Shown: piece by piece, positions 1-11,070 of the stretch
Layout: each line of letters begins with the position of its first letter
Numbering within the stretch: position 1 is the first letter of the stretch
Assembly: GCF_006345805.1 (NCBI RefSeq)
Contig: NW_021833227.1
Location: 1 to 36,459, forward strand
Source: Octopus sinensis
Taxonomy: Eukaryota
Length of the DNA: 36,459 nucleotides
Direction of reading: 5' to 3'
Position numbers and translations under genes: made by a program
Notes under the pieces: model-generated
Database searches by the model: none
What the model was told of the DNA's origin: nothing
Seen by the model: the letters and a program-made list of their open reading frames with translations, nothing else

Positions 1-560
1 TACATATATAAACATGTATATATATATACAAACACACACACACATATATGTACATATACATGTGTGTGTATGTGTGTGCATGTGTGCGCATGCGTGTGCG
101 TGTGTGTGTGTGCATGAGCATGTGTATATGAATATATATATATGTACATGTACACACTCACGTACATATGTACACATACATATATACATTTGTATTTATA
201 TATACAAACACACACACATATATATGTACATATAAATGCGTGTATGTGTGTGTGTATATATACATACACACACACACACACACATATATATACACAGGCA
301 CACATACATATACATACACAAATAAATATATATATCATATATGTATGTATATAAATATACACACATGTATATACATATACACACATATATATATATGCAC
401 ACACACACATACATATATGTGTGTATGTATATACATAACATTTACATATATATACTTTCATATTAACACACATAATCAAACACAAATAGAAACATAGACA
501 CACACACAGACAGATACATACATGCACATACGCACATAGACACACACGCACACACTTTCC
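1..560. repeat. Compound (TA)n/(CA)n/(TG)n microsatellite
   Basis: Dinucleotide tracts; the Y/I/H/T/C/V-rich ORFs here are their translations. Confidence 0.95.
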
Positions 561-1010
561 AAAAAATAAATCTTTTCTTATGTTTCACTAAAAGGACCTT
601 ATTGTTTATTATGAAGAATAAACAAGTGAAATCATCAAGAAACTGATAATAACTGGAGTCCCAAGAGTCATGAATAACTTTCAGTGAATCTCGTTCTATA
701 AATATAGCTACAAACATTGGAATATCAGCAGCTTCCAAATTTGGTAGTGCAGAGTTGCTTGCAGAATATAAAACCACAATGGCTGACTCACAGCAAACAG
801 ATTTAGATGTTTTTACACAAAAAGAAATACCAATATTATCATAATAATTAAACAAGTTCAAAACATATGCAGTGAACAACCAAAATTAATTTTAAATATA
901 TTTTATGCAGTGAAGTCAAAAAGAAAAAAAAAGAAATTAATTATCTCAATAGCTAATATTTCTTTGGTTTTTTTTTTTCATTTATCCTATTGGACATGTA
1001 TGGGAGATAA

Positions 1011-1052
1011 TTCTGGACTTGTTTCAGCCTTATTAGAAGCTCTTCAGTGAAC
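1011..1052 (-). ncRNA. Degenerate type I hammerhead ribozyme motif
   Basis: Minus strand: gttca-CTGAAGA-gcttctaataaggct-GAA-AcaagT-C-cagaa. Core intact; stem I mismatched; stem III one change from the palindrome ACTAGT. Confidence 0.45.
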
Positions 1053-1210
1053 ATAGAGAGACTTACTGAATAGATGTACAAGACTGTATCTGAATATACA
1101 TGCAAAATAATGATAATTTTTGCGGTTAATTACTTGGGGAATCTATCTACATGGAAAGCAATTGCTAAGTTAGAATTAAACTGTATTTAATGTGGTGAGC
1201 ATTAAAAATG

Positions 1211-1347
1211 CGCAGTCATGGCTGTGAGACAAAGCAGCACACTTTGCAACCATATGAGTTTGAGTTCAATCATGCCACATGGCACCTTGGGTAAGTGTCT
1301 TTTACTATTGCCCCAAGCCAAGTAATGCCTTGTGGATGAATTTGGTA
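1211..1347 (+). mobile_element. Old tRNA-derived SINE family 1, head fragment
   Basis: Diverged match to the family 1 head (ggcaccttgggtaagtgtctt...actat...gaatttggta). Confidence 0.65.
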
Positions 1348-1370
1348 TATATATATATATATATATATAT

Positions 1371-1761
1371 ACTCTTTACTCTTTTACTCTTTTACTTGTT
1401 TCAGTCATTTGACTGCGGCCATGCTGGAGCACTGCCTTTAGCTGAGGAAATCGACCCCATGACTTATTCTTTGTAAGCCTAGTACTTACTCTATCGGTCT
1501 CTTTTGTCAAACCGCTAAGTTATGGGGATGTAAGCAAACCACCATCAGTTGTCAAGTGATGTTGGTGGGGGGGAGAAACAGACACACAAACACACACACA
1601 TGCACATATATATACATATATATGACGGGCTTCTTTCAGTTTCCATCTACCAAATCCACTCACAAAGGCTTTGGTCGGCCCGAAGCTATAGTAGAAGGTG
1701 ACTGAACCCGGAACCATGTGGTTGGTAAGCAAGCTACTTACCACACAGCCACTCCTGCACC
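1371..1761 (-). mobile_element. tRNA-derived SINE family 1, near full length
   Basis: Reverse complement of the copy at 9284-9702: A-box-like TGGCTGTGTGG, B-box-like GGTTCAGTC, internal (TA/TG)n, tail ...gtcaaatgactgaaacaagtaaaagag. Confidence 0.9.
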
Positions 1762-1793
<32 letters not shown>

Positions 1794-2291
1794 TGTAGTT
1801 GTGTGAGTGTCTGTCCCCTTCGATTTAGATTCCTAACTACTCCCACATTTTGCGGTGCAGTTTAACCAAATTCGGGTATCTTATAGTCGTGATTCATATC
1901 GAGCCCTTCTGGGTATTAGCGCGTGTCTACGATGAGTCTACGATTTAAAAAATAATTTAACATCATTTTTTATTCCATTTTAATGCATAATTTTTTGTGT
2001 GTCGATGGCGGCGGAGTTGGCGTCCATGGTCACACCTGCACCTGTGTTGCTTCTCCCCCTTCTTCCCTCCCTCGTGAAGCTGTGGGGAAGGGAGTGTAAG
2101 GAAATTAACGTCGTAAAGCATTGTCAAGGAGACCAGCGTTCTTTTAGAACAACGACTTCATGGCTTGAAGACACCAAAACAGAAATGGCTAAGAAAGCCC
2201 AAATTGGCATCTATAAGGGAAGTAACTCTCTAAAAATGCTTATATAGTTATTTCCCTTACAAACCCGAGCAACGCTGGGCGATACTGCTAG
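1762..2291 (+). mobile_element. Non-autonomous Helitron-like element
   Basis: 5' (t)ctatatata...taaaactg start; 3' hairpin cccgagcaacgctggg followed by gatactg-CTAG|T, the typical Helitron 3' end. Confidence 0.75.
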
Positions 2292-2351
2292 TATATATAT
2301 ATATATGTATGTATGTATGTATGCATGTATGTATGTACGTATAAATTTCAA

Positions 2352-2616
2352 CAGATGGATAATGTGTCAATTCACTACAGGTGTTTTCAGCAAATTTTTA
2401 ACTGATTGATGGAGTCATTACATCATTAGAAAAAACTATTTTCATCAGGTGAATATATGAATTATGACATTCAAAAACATTAAAAAAGCTTATGGCATGT
2501 GCACCTTCATGATTCCATGACCCTTACTGGTCATTTCTAACGATGTAATGTCTCCATTAATTAATTAAAAATTCATTGGAAACAGGTGTAGTGAATTGAC
2601 ACATTATCCATCTGCT
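2352..2616. mobile_element. Inverted pair of PLE-type terminal-repeat fragments with HHR motifs
   Basis: 2352-2454 (-) and about 2500-2616 (+) are diverged reverse complements sharing ...GAAAca(cc/gg)tgTAgtgaattgacacattatccatctg. The minus copy has attcac-CTGATGA...GTA-gtgaat (6-bp stem I). Confidence 0.6.
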
Positions 2617-2916
2617 GTTTTTTATTCATTTATTATTCACCTTTCTCAGAACCTCCATCTTGCATAGATCCAAAGTATTTTTATAGACCATACAATGTAT
2701 GGTTCTTGATTAGCTTCAAGGCTATCGATAAACTCGGTCAAATACAATTAGTTATATACATAACCTGAACATCTTTCTGCCTGTATGTATTCCCCTATTT
2801 TTGTCTTGTACACATTTTACTTTTGGGTAAGTGTCTTCTTCTTTAGCCTCAGGTCAACCAAAAACTTGTGACAGAAACTGAAAGAGGCACATCGTACACA
2901 CACACACAGATATATA

Positions 2917-2960
2917 TACTAGCTGACGTACCCAATAATTCTCAGGAAAGTGGGGCTTAT
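2917..2960 (-). mobile_element. Helitron 3' end remnant
   Basis: Minus strand ends ...gggtacgtcagCTAG|tatata; the hairpin is degenerate. Confidence 0.35.
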
Positions 2961-3219
2961 CCCTTGGTTCCATTCTCAAAAATTTCGCAAATCCAATAAC
3001 AACAATACAAAGTATGTAACCCTTAAAACGGTTTTTGTGCATTTAGAGAGAATACCAAACAGTCTTTCACAGGATCTTGTTTTTAGGAATTCCCAATAAG
3101 TTACGAATACCCAAATTGTGAAATCAGTTATGTAATAATGAAATTAGTTACCCAATAGTAAGAATTCAAATAAAGTAGTCCCACATGTGTAGTAGATATT
3201 ACAGGAATTATGTACATTA

Positions 3220-3397
3220 TTTACATTATTTGCATTTGACGGATATTTGTCCACATCTTGTTTGTTGTTAACTCAATGTTTCGGCTGATATACCCTCCAG
3301 CCTTCATCAGGTGTGTTGGGGAAATTTGGAACCTGGGTTCTCATTCCTAAGGTATTTTTTGATGTTACTGTTGTTGTTATTATTATTATTATTATTA

Positions 3398-3444
<47 letters not shown>

Positions 3445-3601
3445 CATTATTATTATTCGAACTCAAAATCTTGAAAAATAACTTAGGAATGAGAACCCAG
3501 GTTCGAAATTTCCCCAAGACACTTGATGAAGGCTGGAGCCATAACATTGTGTCAACAACAAACAAAATGAGGACAGATATCCATCAAATATAAATAATGT
3601 A
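3220..3601. mobile_element. Inverted PLE terminal-repeat pair around a (TAT)n tract; each arm carries an HHR motif
   Basis: 3220-3362 and 3471-3601 are reverse complements (ggaacctgggttctcattcctaag / cttaggaatgagaacccaggttc) separated by (TAT)n at about 3378-3457. Confidence 0.75.
3270..3315 (-). ncRNA. Type I hammerhead ribozyme motif (core intact, stem I degenerate)
   Basis: cacac-CTGATGA-a-ggctg-gagggtatat-cagcc-GAA-AcaT-T-gagtt. Perfect 5-bp stem II; stem III ACAT is a CpG-decay product of the palindrome ACGT. Confidence 0.7.
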
Positions 3602-3904
3602 TTTAGTAGATATATATATATGTAGCCCTTATGGTATTTGCAAAGGGAGGTCATCCCTCTCTCGTAAGCCTAAATGATACACACGGATAGTGTGCCTAAA
3701 GCCAGCTGGAGACGATGATCTCCTGGGGCTAAAAGCTTCAGTAACACCCACCTTTACTGGTTAGCCATATTGAGATGGCTATTATACTTTACGTTGTTGA
3801 GCGGTTACTGTTTACATCTCATTCAGAGATTTATTATTGCTATATATATATATATATATATATACATACATATATATATATCACCGTGACTACAAGTAAG
3901 TAGT

Positions 3905-4112
3905 TGATATCCTCCACCATCATCACTACAAGAACTGGAGACTGTTTTAGCTGAAGAATGGACAAAAATTACTTTGGAACAATTCAAACTTTGTACAAGT
4001 TCTTACCTTGTAGAATTCAAGCTGTAATTACTGCCAAAGGGGGTCCTACACCATATTAAAATAAATTTTGTTTGAAATTTTAAGAAGTTTCCATTATTTT
4101 GTCCAACCCCTG
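3905..4112 (+). mobile_element. Tc1/mariner transposon 3' end (transposase C-terminus and right TIR)
   Basis: Frameshifted translation PPSSLQELETVLAEEWTKITLE...IQAVITAKGGPTPY*; TIR ccattattttgtccaacccctg followed by TA. Confidence 0.85.
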
Positions 4113-4134
4113 TACATATCTGTTTGTAGGTGAA

Positions 4135-4330
4135 TGTATTTCTGTGTCTCTGTTTGTGTTTGTCCCCCACCAATGTTGGTGTGTATATGTCCCCATAACT
4201 TACTGGTTTGGCAAAAGAGACTGATAGAATAAGTACTAAGTTTACAAAGAATAAGTCATGGGGTTGATTTGTTTGGCTAAAGGCAGTGCTCCAGCATGAC
4301 TGGAGTCAAATTACTGAAACAAATAAAAGA
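4135..4330 (+). mobile_element. SINE family 1, 3' half
   Basis: Matches the family 1 tail (gatagaataagtact...ccagcatgactggagtcaaattactgaaacaaataaaag). Confidence 0.8.
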
Positions 4331-4681
<351 letters not shown>

Positions 4682-4714
4682 GCTTTTTCAGAGCTGGCAA
4701 GAGATTTTATTTGT

Positions 4715-5290
4715 GGAAGATAGGGTGGATGTAAGTGGTGGATGTGAAGCAGCTGTGACAGCAAAAGTGAGACTTGGATGGGTGAAGTTGAGGGAATGTG
4801 GAGTGTTATGTGGGAAAAGGTTCTCCTTGAAGATGAAAGGAAAGGTTTGATGGAGTTGTGGGAGATTTGCAATGTTGGATGGGAGTGAGGCATAGTGTCT
4901 GAGGAAAAGTGAAATGGCAATTTTGAGAAGGACCAAGAGAGCAATGTGTGGTGTGAAACTATTGGATGAAAGGAGGGCTGAGGACTTGATGGGGATTCTG
5001 GGGTTGGAGGAATCAGTGGAACAGCTGGTAAAGGCGAATGGAGTGTACTGATGAGGGATGAGGAGCATGTTCTGAGGAGAGTGCTTGAATTTAAAGTAAA
5101 TGAACCGTGAAAGTGAGGTCCACCAAAGAAAATGTGGATGGGACAGGTGGAGGAGGAGTTTGGGAGGGTTGGCTTGAGGAGGGAGGATGTTCAAAACAGG
5201 GCGAGACAGTGTGAGAGCAGTTGCTGTAAGAATGAGGGAGATCCGGCGACCCCCGTTAACGAGGACAGACCTAGATTTAAAATATTGTAA
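4715..5290 (+). mobile_element. RTE-clade LINE, decayed 3' fragment
   Basis: Translation with stops: [43 protein letters not shown]...GSEA...[18 protein letters not shown]...[10 protein letters not shown]...KKMW, typical of the RTE ORF C-terminus. Confidence 0.85.
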
Positions 5291-5533
5291 TTCAATTCAT
5301 CATATATAGTTCATAGATGAGATCCAGAGATTTTCTAAATAGATGACGCTTAGTAGTGCTTAAAAGATTCAAACTTAGACACTGATGGCTTTACAGGGGA
5401 TCAAATCCACAAGGTAAAGAAAGGCTACAAGAGGGATGAAGTTGAGCAGGTATAGAGGCAATTAGGTAGATAAACAAATGTGACACATCAAATATATTGA
5501 ATATATTAAATGTATTAAATATAATTATGAAGG

Positions 5534-6126
5534 GGGAGCACAAAGCAGTGATAAGTGAAATTGCAATGTTATTATCAGTCTGAATAAGCTTGATGCACAT
5601 TTGGACTGAGGAGCAAACTAACTACTCAGTGCATTTTGTTATGGAGAATATATCTCACTTGTTGACAAATGGTGTGCATACACCTAGATCAGTTTGCCAC
5701 ACCATCTGCCTAGACTGTGAGATGCTAGCATTTCAGAGTAGTTATCTTCTCATCAGTTACAGACACCGGGCAGACGACACTATGAGCTGAATTAAGAGAT
5801 TACATCTCTTATGTTTTTCCAGTCAGCATACAATGACTGGTAGTGCTATATGGTGACTCACTGTAAGTAAATTACAAAACGGGAGCACTAAGCTGTGATA
5901 AGTGAAATTGCAGTACTATTATCAGTCCAAATATGCTTGATGCACATTCGAACTCAAGAAGAAATTCCTCACGGTGTTTTCTCACAGAGAATATATCTTG
6001 CTTGTTTACAAATGGTGTGCATACACCTACATCAGGTATATTCTCTGTGACACTATGTAGTGAGTAGCTTGTTCTCTAGTTCAAATGTATATGAAGCATA
6101 TTCAGACTGATAATAAAATTGCAATT
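5534..6126. repeat. Two diverged ~155-bp direct repeats plus a short inverted copy
   Basis: 5534-5692 and 5881-6034 align (gtgataagtgaaattgca...gatgcacatt...aaatggtgtgcatacaccta); 6093-6126 is the reverse complement of part of the unit. Confidence 0.75.
5715..5762 (-). ncRNA. Type I hammerhead ribozyme motif
   Basis: ctgtaa-CTGATGA-gaag-ataacta-ctct-GAA-AtgctagcaT-C-tcacag. Core intact, stem I 5/6 paired, stem III is the 10-nt palindrome ATGCTAGCAT, AUC site; stem II weakened. Confidence 0.7.
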
Positions 6127-6163
6127 AAATATAATAGTATAGGTATGAAATATAAAATGTATA

Positions 6164-6218
<55 letters not shown>

Positions 6219-6960
6219 ACAGTTTTTATTTAGTAAACATTATTATGATGAAATGTTGGTGGAGGCAGTGGTAACGATAATAATTTGTGGTTATAATTGC
6301 ATGTTGTAAGATGTGTAGATGAGAAAGATGCACAATGTATGAAGCTTTAAGTTTTATAACCGTTTCGTAACAATACCTTGCTTTGCCAGGCAGGTTATGA
6401 TAAATCCAAAAGCATGCCAAGTAAAGTTTGTGCTTGTGTTCTCTTCATTGTTTAGTAGTAATTGCTGAGACAGATAGAATGATGTTGTAAGAGAACAGAA
6501 TTAGAGCTAGAGAGAATTGTAGGGCATAGGACATTGCTGACAGTAAACTTCATTTCTCCCTCTGACCAAAGCTCTAGCTGGTCAGTCAGACTTCGTTCTC
6601 ACTGAGTTGTCACTGCAGTGACTAACTGATTTTTGCTTGTGGTATGCTTGCTTTTATAACTATCCAGAAGGATAGACATACCATTGAGAACAATAGATTT
6701 AGTTAGTGGTCTTGTTATCTCTATACTAGCTTTTGGTGGAGTAGAAGAGGTTAGAAAGGGTCAAGTGGTGAAGACATTATTTCAGCCTAGCTAAAGGCAT
6801 CTGGAAAATGTAAAACTGCTGTCAGAGAAAAACCATTGTTCCCTCGTCGGAAAAGTTCTGTAGCAGTGTTAATTTAAATTTGGCTATGGTGGATCGAATC
6901 CACTTCATGTATGAAAGATTCACTACATATATATAATAATAATAAAAATAGTAATATAAT

Positions 6961-7015
6961 AATAATAATAATAATTGTGTACAGTGCTCAGGTGCACTAC
7001 AACTCATCTAAAGTG
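6961..7015 (-). mobile_element. CR1/L2-type LINE 3' tail
   Basis: Reverse complement of the tail at 11608-11650 (ttgtagtgcacctgagcactgtacacaat...tatt). Confidence 0.65.
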
Positions 7016-7023
7016 TATAACCA

Positions 7024-7060
<37 letters not shown>

Positions 7061-7180
7061 GCAAAACGAGAGAAAGCAAAATGTGCAGGCTTCCAGATGA
7101 TGAACTTTTATGTATAAATATATAGATATTTATATTAATAAGTCCAACTTACACAAAGTAGAAATGACAGAGAAAATCAA

Positions 7181-7401
7181 ACCTTTCGTTACCAACCTGG
7201 CTGAAACCAGCTCTGGCTCTGTAGTACAAATGTCTTGTTTTCATAAGTTTTGAATTAAAATCTTCCACCAAACCTTAGTCACAATTTATGTTCCTAACAC
7301 TAGATAAATGATAACTAAGTTATTTGACTAAATTCTTTGTTATATTTAAAGTAATTGAAAGAAGCACAGAGCATCTCAAAATAAATACAGTAACAAAAGG
7401 G
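7181..7401. mobile_element. piggyBac-like MITE
   Basis: Ends (tcaa)acctttcgttac ... gtaacaaaaggg(ttaa): CCC-type TIR, TTAA on the right and a degenerate TCAA on the left. Confidence 0.55.
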
Positions 7402-8141
7402 TTAAAGGGGTGGAAGAAAAATGTTATAGGCCCAACAGCTGTTTCTAGGGGCTCAGAAATCCACAATAATGTTGATAGATGTAGTTCATTACAATATGCA
7501 GCTGTACGGATGCAATTAATATTGGATAAGATGGGCCTCCGTCATCAGGGTAGAGAAGATCTTACATTTAAAATCTTGATACAGAGAAGCCCAAAGATGG
7601 AATGATTAAATGTGGAGAGCTAGCTGTATTAGAGGAGGGGGAAAGTAGGAAGGTTGGCTGCATGTTCTGATCAACTACACCTATTAATATTATTATGGAA
7701 TTCTGAGTCCTAAAAACAGCTGTTGATAACACCTTTCTTCTGTCCCTTTAATGTTCTTTGTCATTTGTACTTTGTGAAAGTTGGACCAACTCACACAAAT
7801 GTGGAGAGTTAACTGTATAAGAGGAGGGGGTAGTAGGAAGGTTGGTGAGGGGAGAAAAGATACTTCAGGAAGAGTGAGGGGTTAATAATGAGGGTACTAA
7901 GGGAGGGTACTAATGATGAATTTTCGAGTATAAATATCTATATATTTATACTTGAAAAAACATCATCTGAATGTCTCCACCTTCTGCTTTCTCTCATACA
8001 TATATACATATATACATGTACATTGTATTGAATACCCAAACTATTATATCTAATATAATTAATATAAATTAATGTATCTAATTTGTTTATTCACATAATT
8101 GCCCCCTCACTCTTCATATATATATATATATATATATATAT

Positions 8142-8380
8142 ACACCGGAGTAAACACATAAATGTGAAACAAGGTGGAAAAAAGAGTACTCAAATACCAG
8201 TGGTAGAGTAATATGCTTTATTTTGCTAGCAAAAACTGTCCAATGAACGGCAACGGGAAACTCAGAGTAACAGGTTTTGTTGAATTTTCTGCTGCTTTAA
8301 ATAAAGCATATTACTCTACCACTGGTATTTGAGTACTCTTTTTTCCACCTTGTTTCACATTTATGTGTTTACTCCGGTGT
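8142..8380. repeat. Perfect 82-bp fold-back inverted repeat with an HHR-containing 75-bp spacer
   Basis: 8142-8223 is the exact reverse complement of 8299-8380 by eye; the unit sits in a (TA)n tract. Confidence 0.92.
8236..8273 (+). ncRNA. Degenerate hammerhead ribozyme motif (family B)
   Basis: ctgt-ccaatga-acg-gcaa-cgg-GAA-ActcagagT-A-acag. Stem I 4 bp, GNRA-capped stem II, near-palindromic stem III, GUA site; core has two substitutions from CTGATGA. Confidence 0.5.
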
Positions 8381-8397
8381 GTGTATATATATATATA

Positions 8398-8730
8398 GGC
8401 GTAGGAGTGGCTGTGTGGTAAGTAGCTTGCTTACCAACCACATGGTTCTGGGTTCAGTCCCACTGCGTGGCACGTTGGGCAAGTGTCTTCTGCTATAGCC
8501 TCAGGCTGACCAAAGCCTTGTGAGTGTATTTGGTAGATGGAAACTGAAAGAAGCTTGTCGTATATATGTATATATATATAAGTATGTGTGTCTGTGTTTG
8601 TCCCCCCAACATTGCTAGACAACTGATGCTGGTGTGTTTACGTCCCCGTCACTTAGCGGTTCGGCATAAGAGACCGATAGAATAAGTACTAGGCTTACAA
8701 AGAAAAGTCCTGGGGTCAATTTGCTAGACT
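8398..8730 (+). mobile_element. SINE family 1, 3'-truncated
   Basis: ggcgtaggagtggctgtgtggtaagtagcttgcttaccaaccacatgg... head and body. Confidence 0.9.
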
Positions 8731-8809
8731 ACGCAGTGAGACTGAACATGGAATCATATGGTTGGGAAGCAAGCTTCTTACCACATGGTTACACCTACAT
8801 CCACCTTTT

Positions 8810-9181
8810 ATCATTTGATTGTTTAAGCTATTAGACTGCGGCCATGATGGAGCACTGCCTGGAGGGATTTTAATTAAACTAATTGATCACAGTACTTTTC
8901 CTGTCTTTTAAAAGCCTGGTACTTATTTTATCAGCTTCTTTTGCTGAACCGCTAACTTACAGGGACGTAAACACACCAACGCTGGTTGTCAAGTGGTAAC
9001 GGGGGACAAGCACAGATACACAGACACACACACACACGACAGGCTTCTTTCAGTTTCCATTTACCAAATCCACAAACAAGGCTTTGGTCGGCTCAAGACT
9101 ATAGTAGAAGACATATTGGAATTGAACCCAGAATCATGTGGTTGGGAAGCAAACTTCATACCACACAGCCACGCCTGCACC
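8810..9181 (-). mobile_element. SINE family 1, diverged copy
   Basis: Reverse-complement match to the family 1 head and tail. Confidence 0.8.
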
Positions 9182-9283
9182 TACAAGAAAAAAAATGCAG
9201 AAAACTGTTTTATTTGTGTAAAACAAAACAAAAATTATGTAAAACAAAATTATGATAAATTATAAGAAATAATAAGTACATAT

Positions 9284-9702
9284 AGGCGCAGGAGTGGCTG
9301 TGTGGTAAGTAGCTTGCTTACCAACCACATGGTTCCGGGTTCAGTCCCACTGCGTGGCACCTTGGGCAAGTGTCTTCTACTATAGCCCCGGGCCGACCAA
9401 AGCCTTGTGAGTGGATTTGGTAGACGGAAACTGAAAGAAGCCCGTCGTATATATGTATATATATATATATGTGAGTGTGTGTGTGAGTGTGTGTGTCTGT
9501 GTTTGTCCCTTCAACATCGCTTGACAACCAATGCTGGTGTGTTTACGTAACCGTGACTTAGCGGTTCGGCAAAAGAGGCCAATAGAATAAGTACTAGGCT
9601 TACAAAAGAATAAGTCCCAGGGTCGATTTGCTCGATTAAAGGCGGTGCTCCAGCATAGCCGCAGTCAAATGACTGAAACAAGTAAAAGAGTAAAAGAGAG
9701 AG
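9284..9702 (+). mobile_element. SINE family 1, full length
   Basis: tRNA-like head, internal microsatellite, conserved tail ending aagtaaaagagtaaaagag. About ten copies occur in this window. Confidence 0.92.
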
Positions 9703-9873
9703 TATATTTCTCAAGACACTCGAGCATTAGTATGGGTTCCTCGAAGTTTTAAATTATTTTTTAAATCCCCAGATTTCAAAGAGATCAACAGATGAAGAGA
9801 ACAAGCCAAAATCATAAATTATCTCCCCTAAACCATGCAGAATAGTCGTGCGGGATTTACTACCCTTACTTTA

Positions 9874-10655
9874 CTACTATCTTCGAGTATAATCCGCCCT
9901 TGAGTATAATACGCAGGGGATTTTTAGGGGGCTGTACCTCTGAAAAACCTAAACCTTGTGTATAATACGCACCCCTTCTCTAACTTGAGTCAAGGACGTT
10001 ATATAGATAACGTCCTTGGTTTGTAAAAATGTATACGGTAACGCACTTTATTATTATTGTATATATAACATAATGCAAACGTGTAGCTTTTTTGTGCATT
10101 TTGTTTGCAGAAAATAAAGAAATAACAGTAATAACGTTTAATAAATGTTGCTTACTGCAAGTTATGGACGATTCTTTTATGATTTCATTGCTTTCAGGCT
10201 TAGCTTAAGGTATTTTTGCGCCCGACATCACAAAATGTGTCTGAATAAACATTGCCGGACAACAAATAGGGACTCGGACATTGCTTCGGAAATAATTTTC
10301 GGCGAAGTTTCGGTTGTCGTAGCACACGTCGTAGCACACGTTTCCGTCGATTTCCGTAAAAAACTTTTATTTTTTTACATATGGCTTTGCGGGAATATTT
10401 GAAGTAATGAGAGCGAAAGAGACTAAGAGGAAGCGATTTTATGACGAGGGAATTTCTTTTTGAAGTCCCCGTGTGTATGTTTGATGGGGTGTGGGAGACA
10501 GACAGTATGTTGTGTAAGTGAAGTGCTTCTGTTAGTGTGTGCGAAGAGACAGAGAGAGTAATGTGTGAAAGAGAGAGATAACTGAAATTTTTTACTCGGT
10601 GTATGTGTATATGTATGTGTGTGTGTGTATGTATCTATGTATGTGTGTGTGTGTA

Positions 10656-10690
<35 letters not shown>

Positions 10691-10889
10691 GCATGTGTGT
10701 GTGTATGTATGGCCGATTCAGTGTTTACATTTTTTACGGAAATCGACGGAGGAAATCGACGGAAACGTGTGCTACGACAAACGAAACATCGCCTAATTTT
10801 CATTTTTAACCTCATGTACAATATGCAGTAGGGATTTTGACCTTTAAATTTTGGGGGGGAATGCGGATTATACTCGAGGATTTATGGTA
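9874..10889. mobile_element. TcMar (Tc2/pogo-like) non-autonomous element hosting a Merlin-like MITE
   Basis: Ends ...tcttcgagtataatccgc / gcggattatactcgaggatttatgg-ta are inverted copies, with an internal second gagtataat motif. Confidence 0.6.
10301..10793. mobile_element. Merlin-like MITE, copy 1
   Basis: TIR GGCGA...TCGCC about 50 bp; exact 8-bp TSD TAATTTTC (10293-10300 and 10794-10801). An 8-bp TSD with GGNRM termini fits Merlin better than hAT. Confidence 0.75.
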
Positions 10890-11070
10890 CTTTGTAACAT
10901 AAATTATGATAATACGGCGAATGTCAGAGATCGGTAGCACACACAAGTTGGATTTCTCCGTTTTGATGGGGATTTTTCAAATTTTTTATCACAGTGCCCT
11001 TGGGAATGATATGGAGCATCTTTTTAGCAAAATAAATTTGCGGAACTTTTTTTTTTTTTTTTTTGCTTGA

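Noticed and set aside
14-497. Y/I/H/T/C/V-rich ORFs (also 4277-4700, 10599-10809, 12604-12927, 24709-25379, 30313-30507, 31924-32243, 35971-36261)
   Set aside because: They are translations of TA/CA/TG microsatellites, not genes.
1999-2247. 82-aa GC-rich ORF
   Set aside because: It lies inside a non-autonomous Helitron and resembles no known protein.
5048-5054. CTGATGA cores at about 5048 and 13401
   Set aside because: Both lie inside RTE coding sequence (13401 is YADD) with no surrounding stems.
9284-9360. tRNA-like A/B boxes at SINE heads
   Set aside because: No full cloverleaf, and they continue into SINE bodies, so they are not tRNA genes.
8431-9714. Recurring 'MSSDVGGTNTDTH...GLNPEPCGW' ORFs (also 11794, 16287, 30623, 35196)
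   Set aside because: They are chance frames through SINE family 1 copies; no protein homology is apparent.
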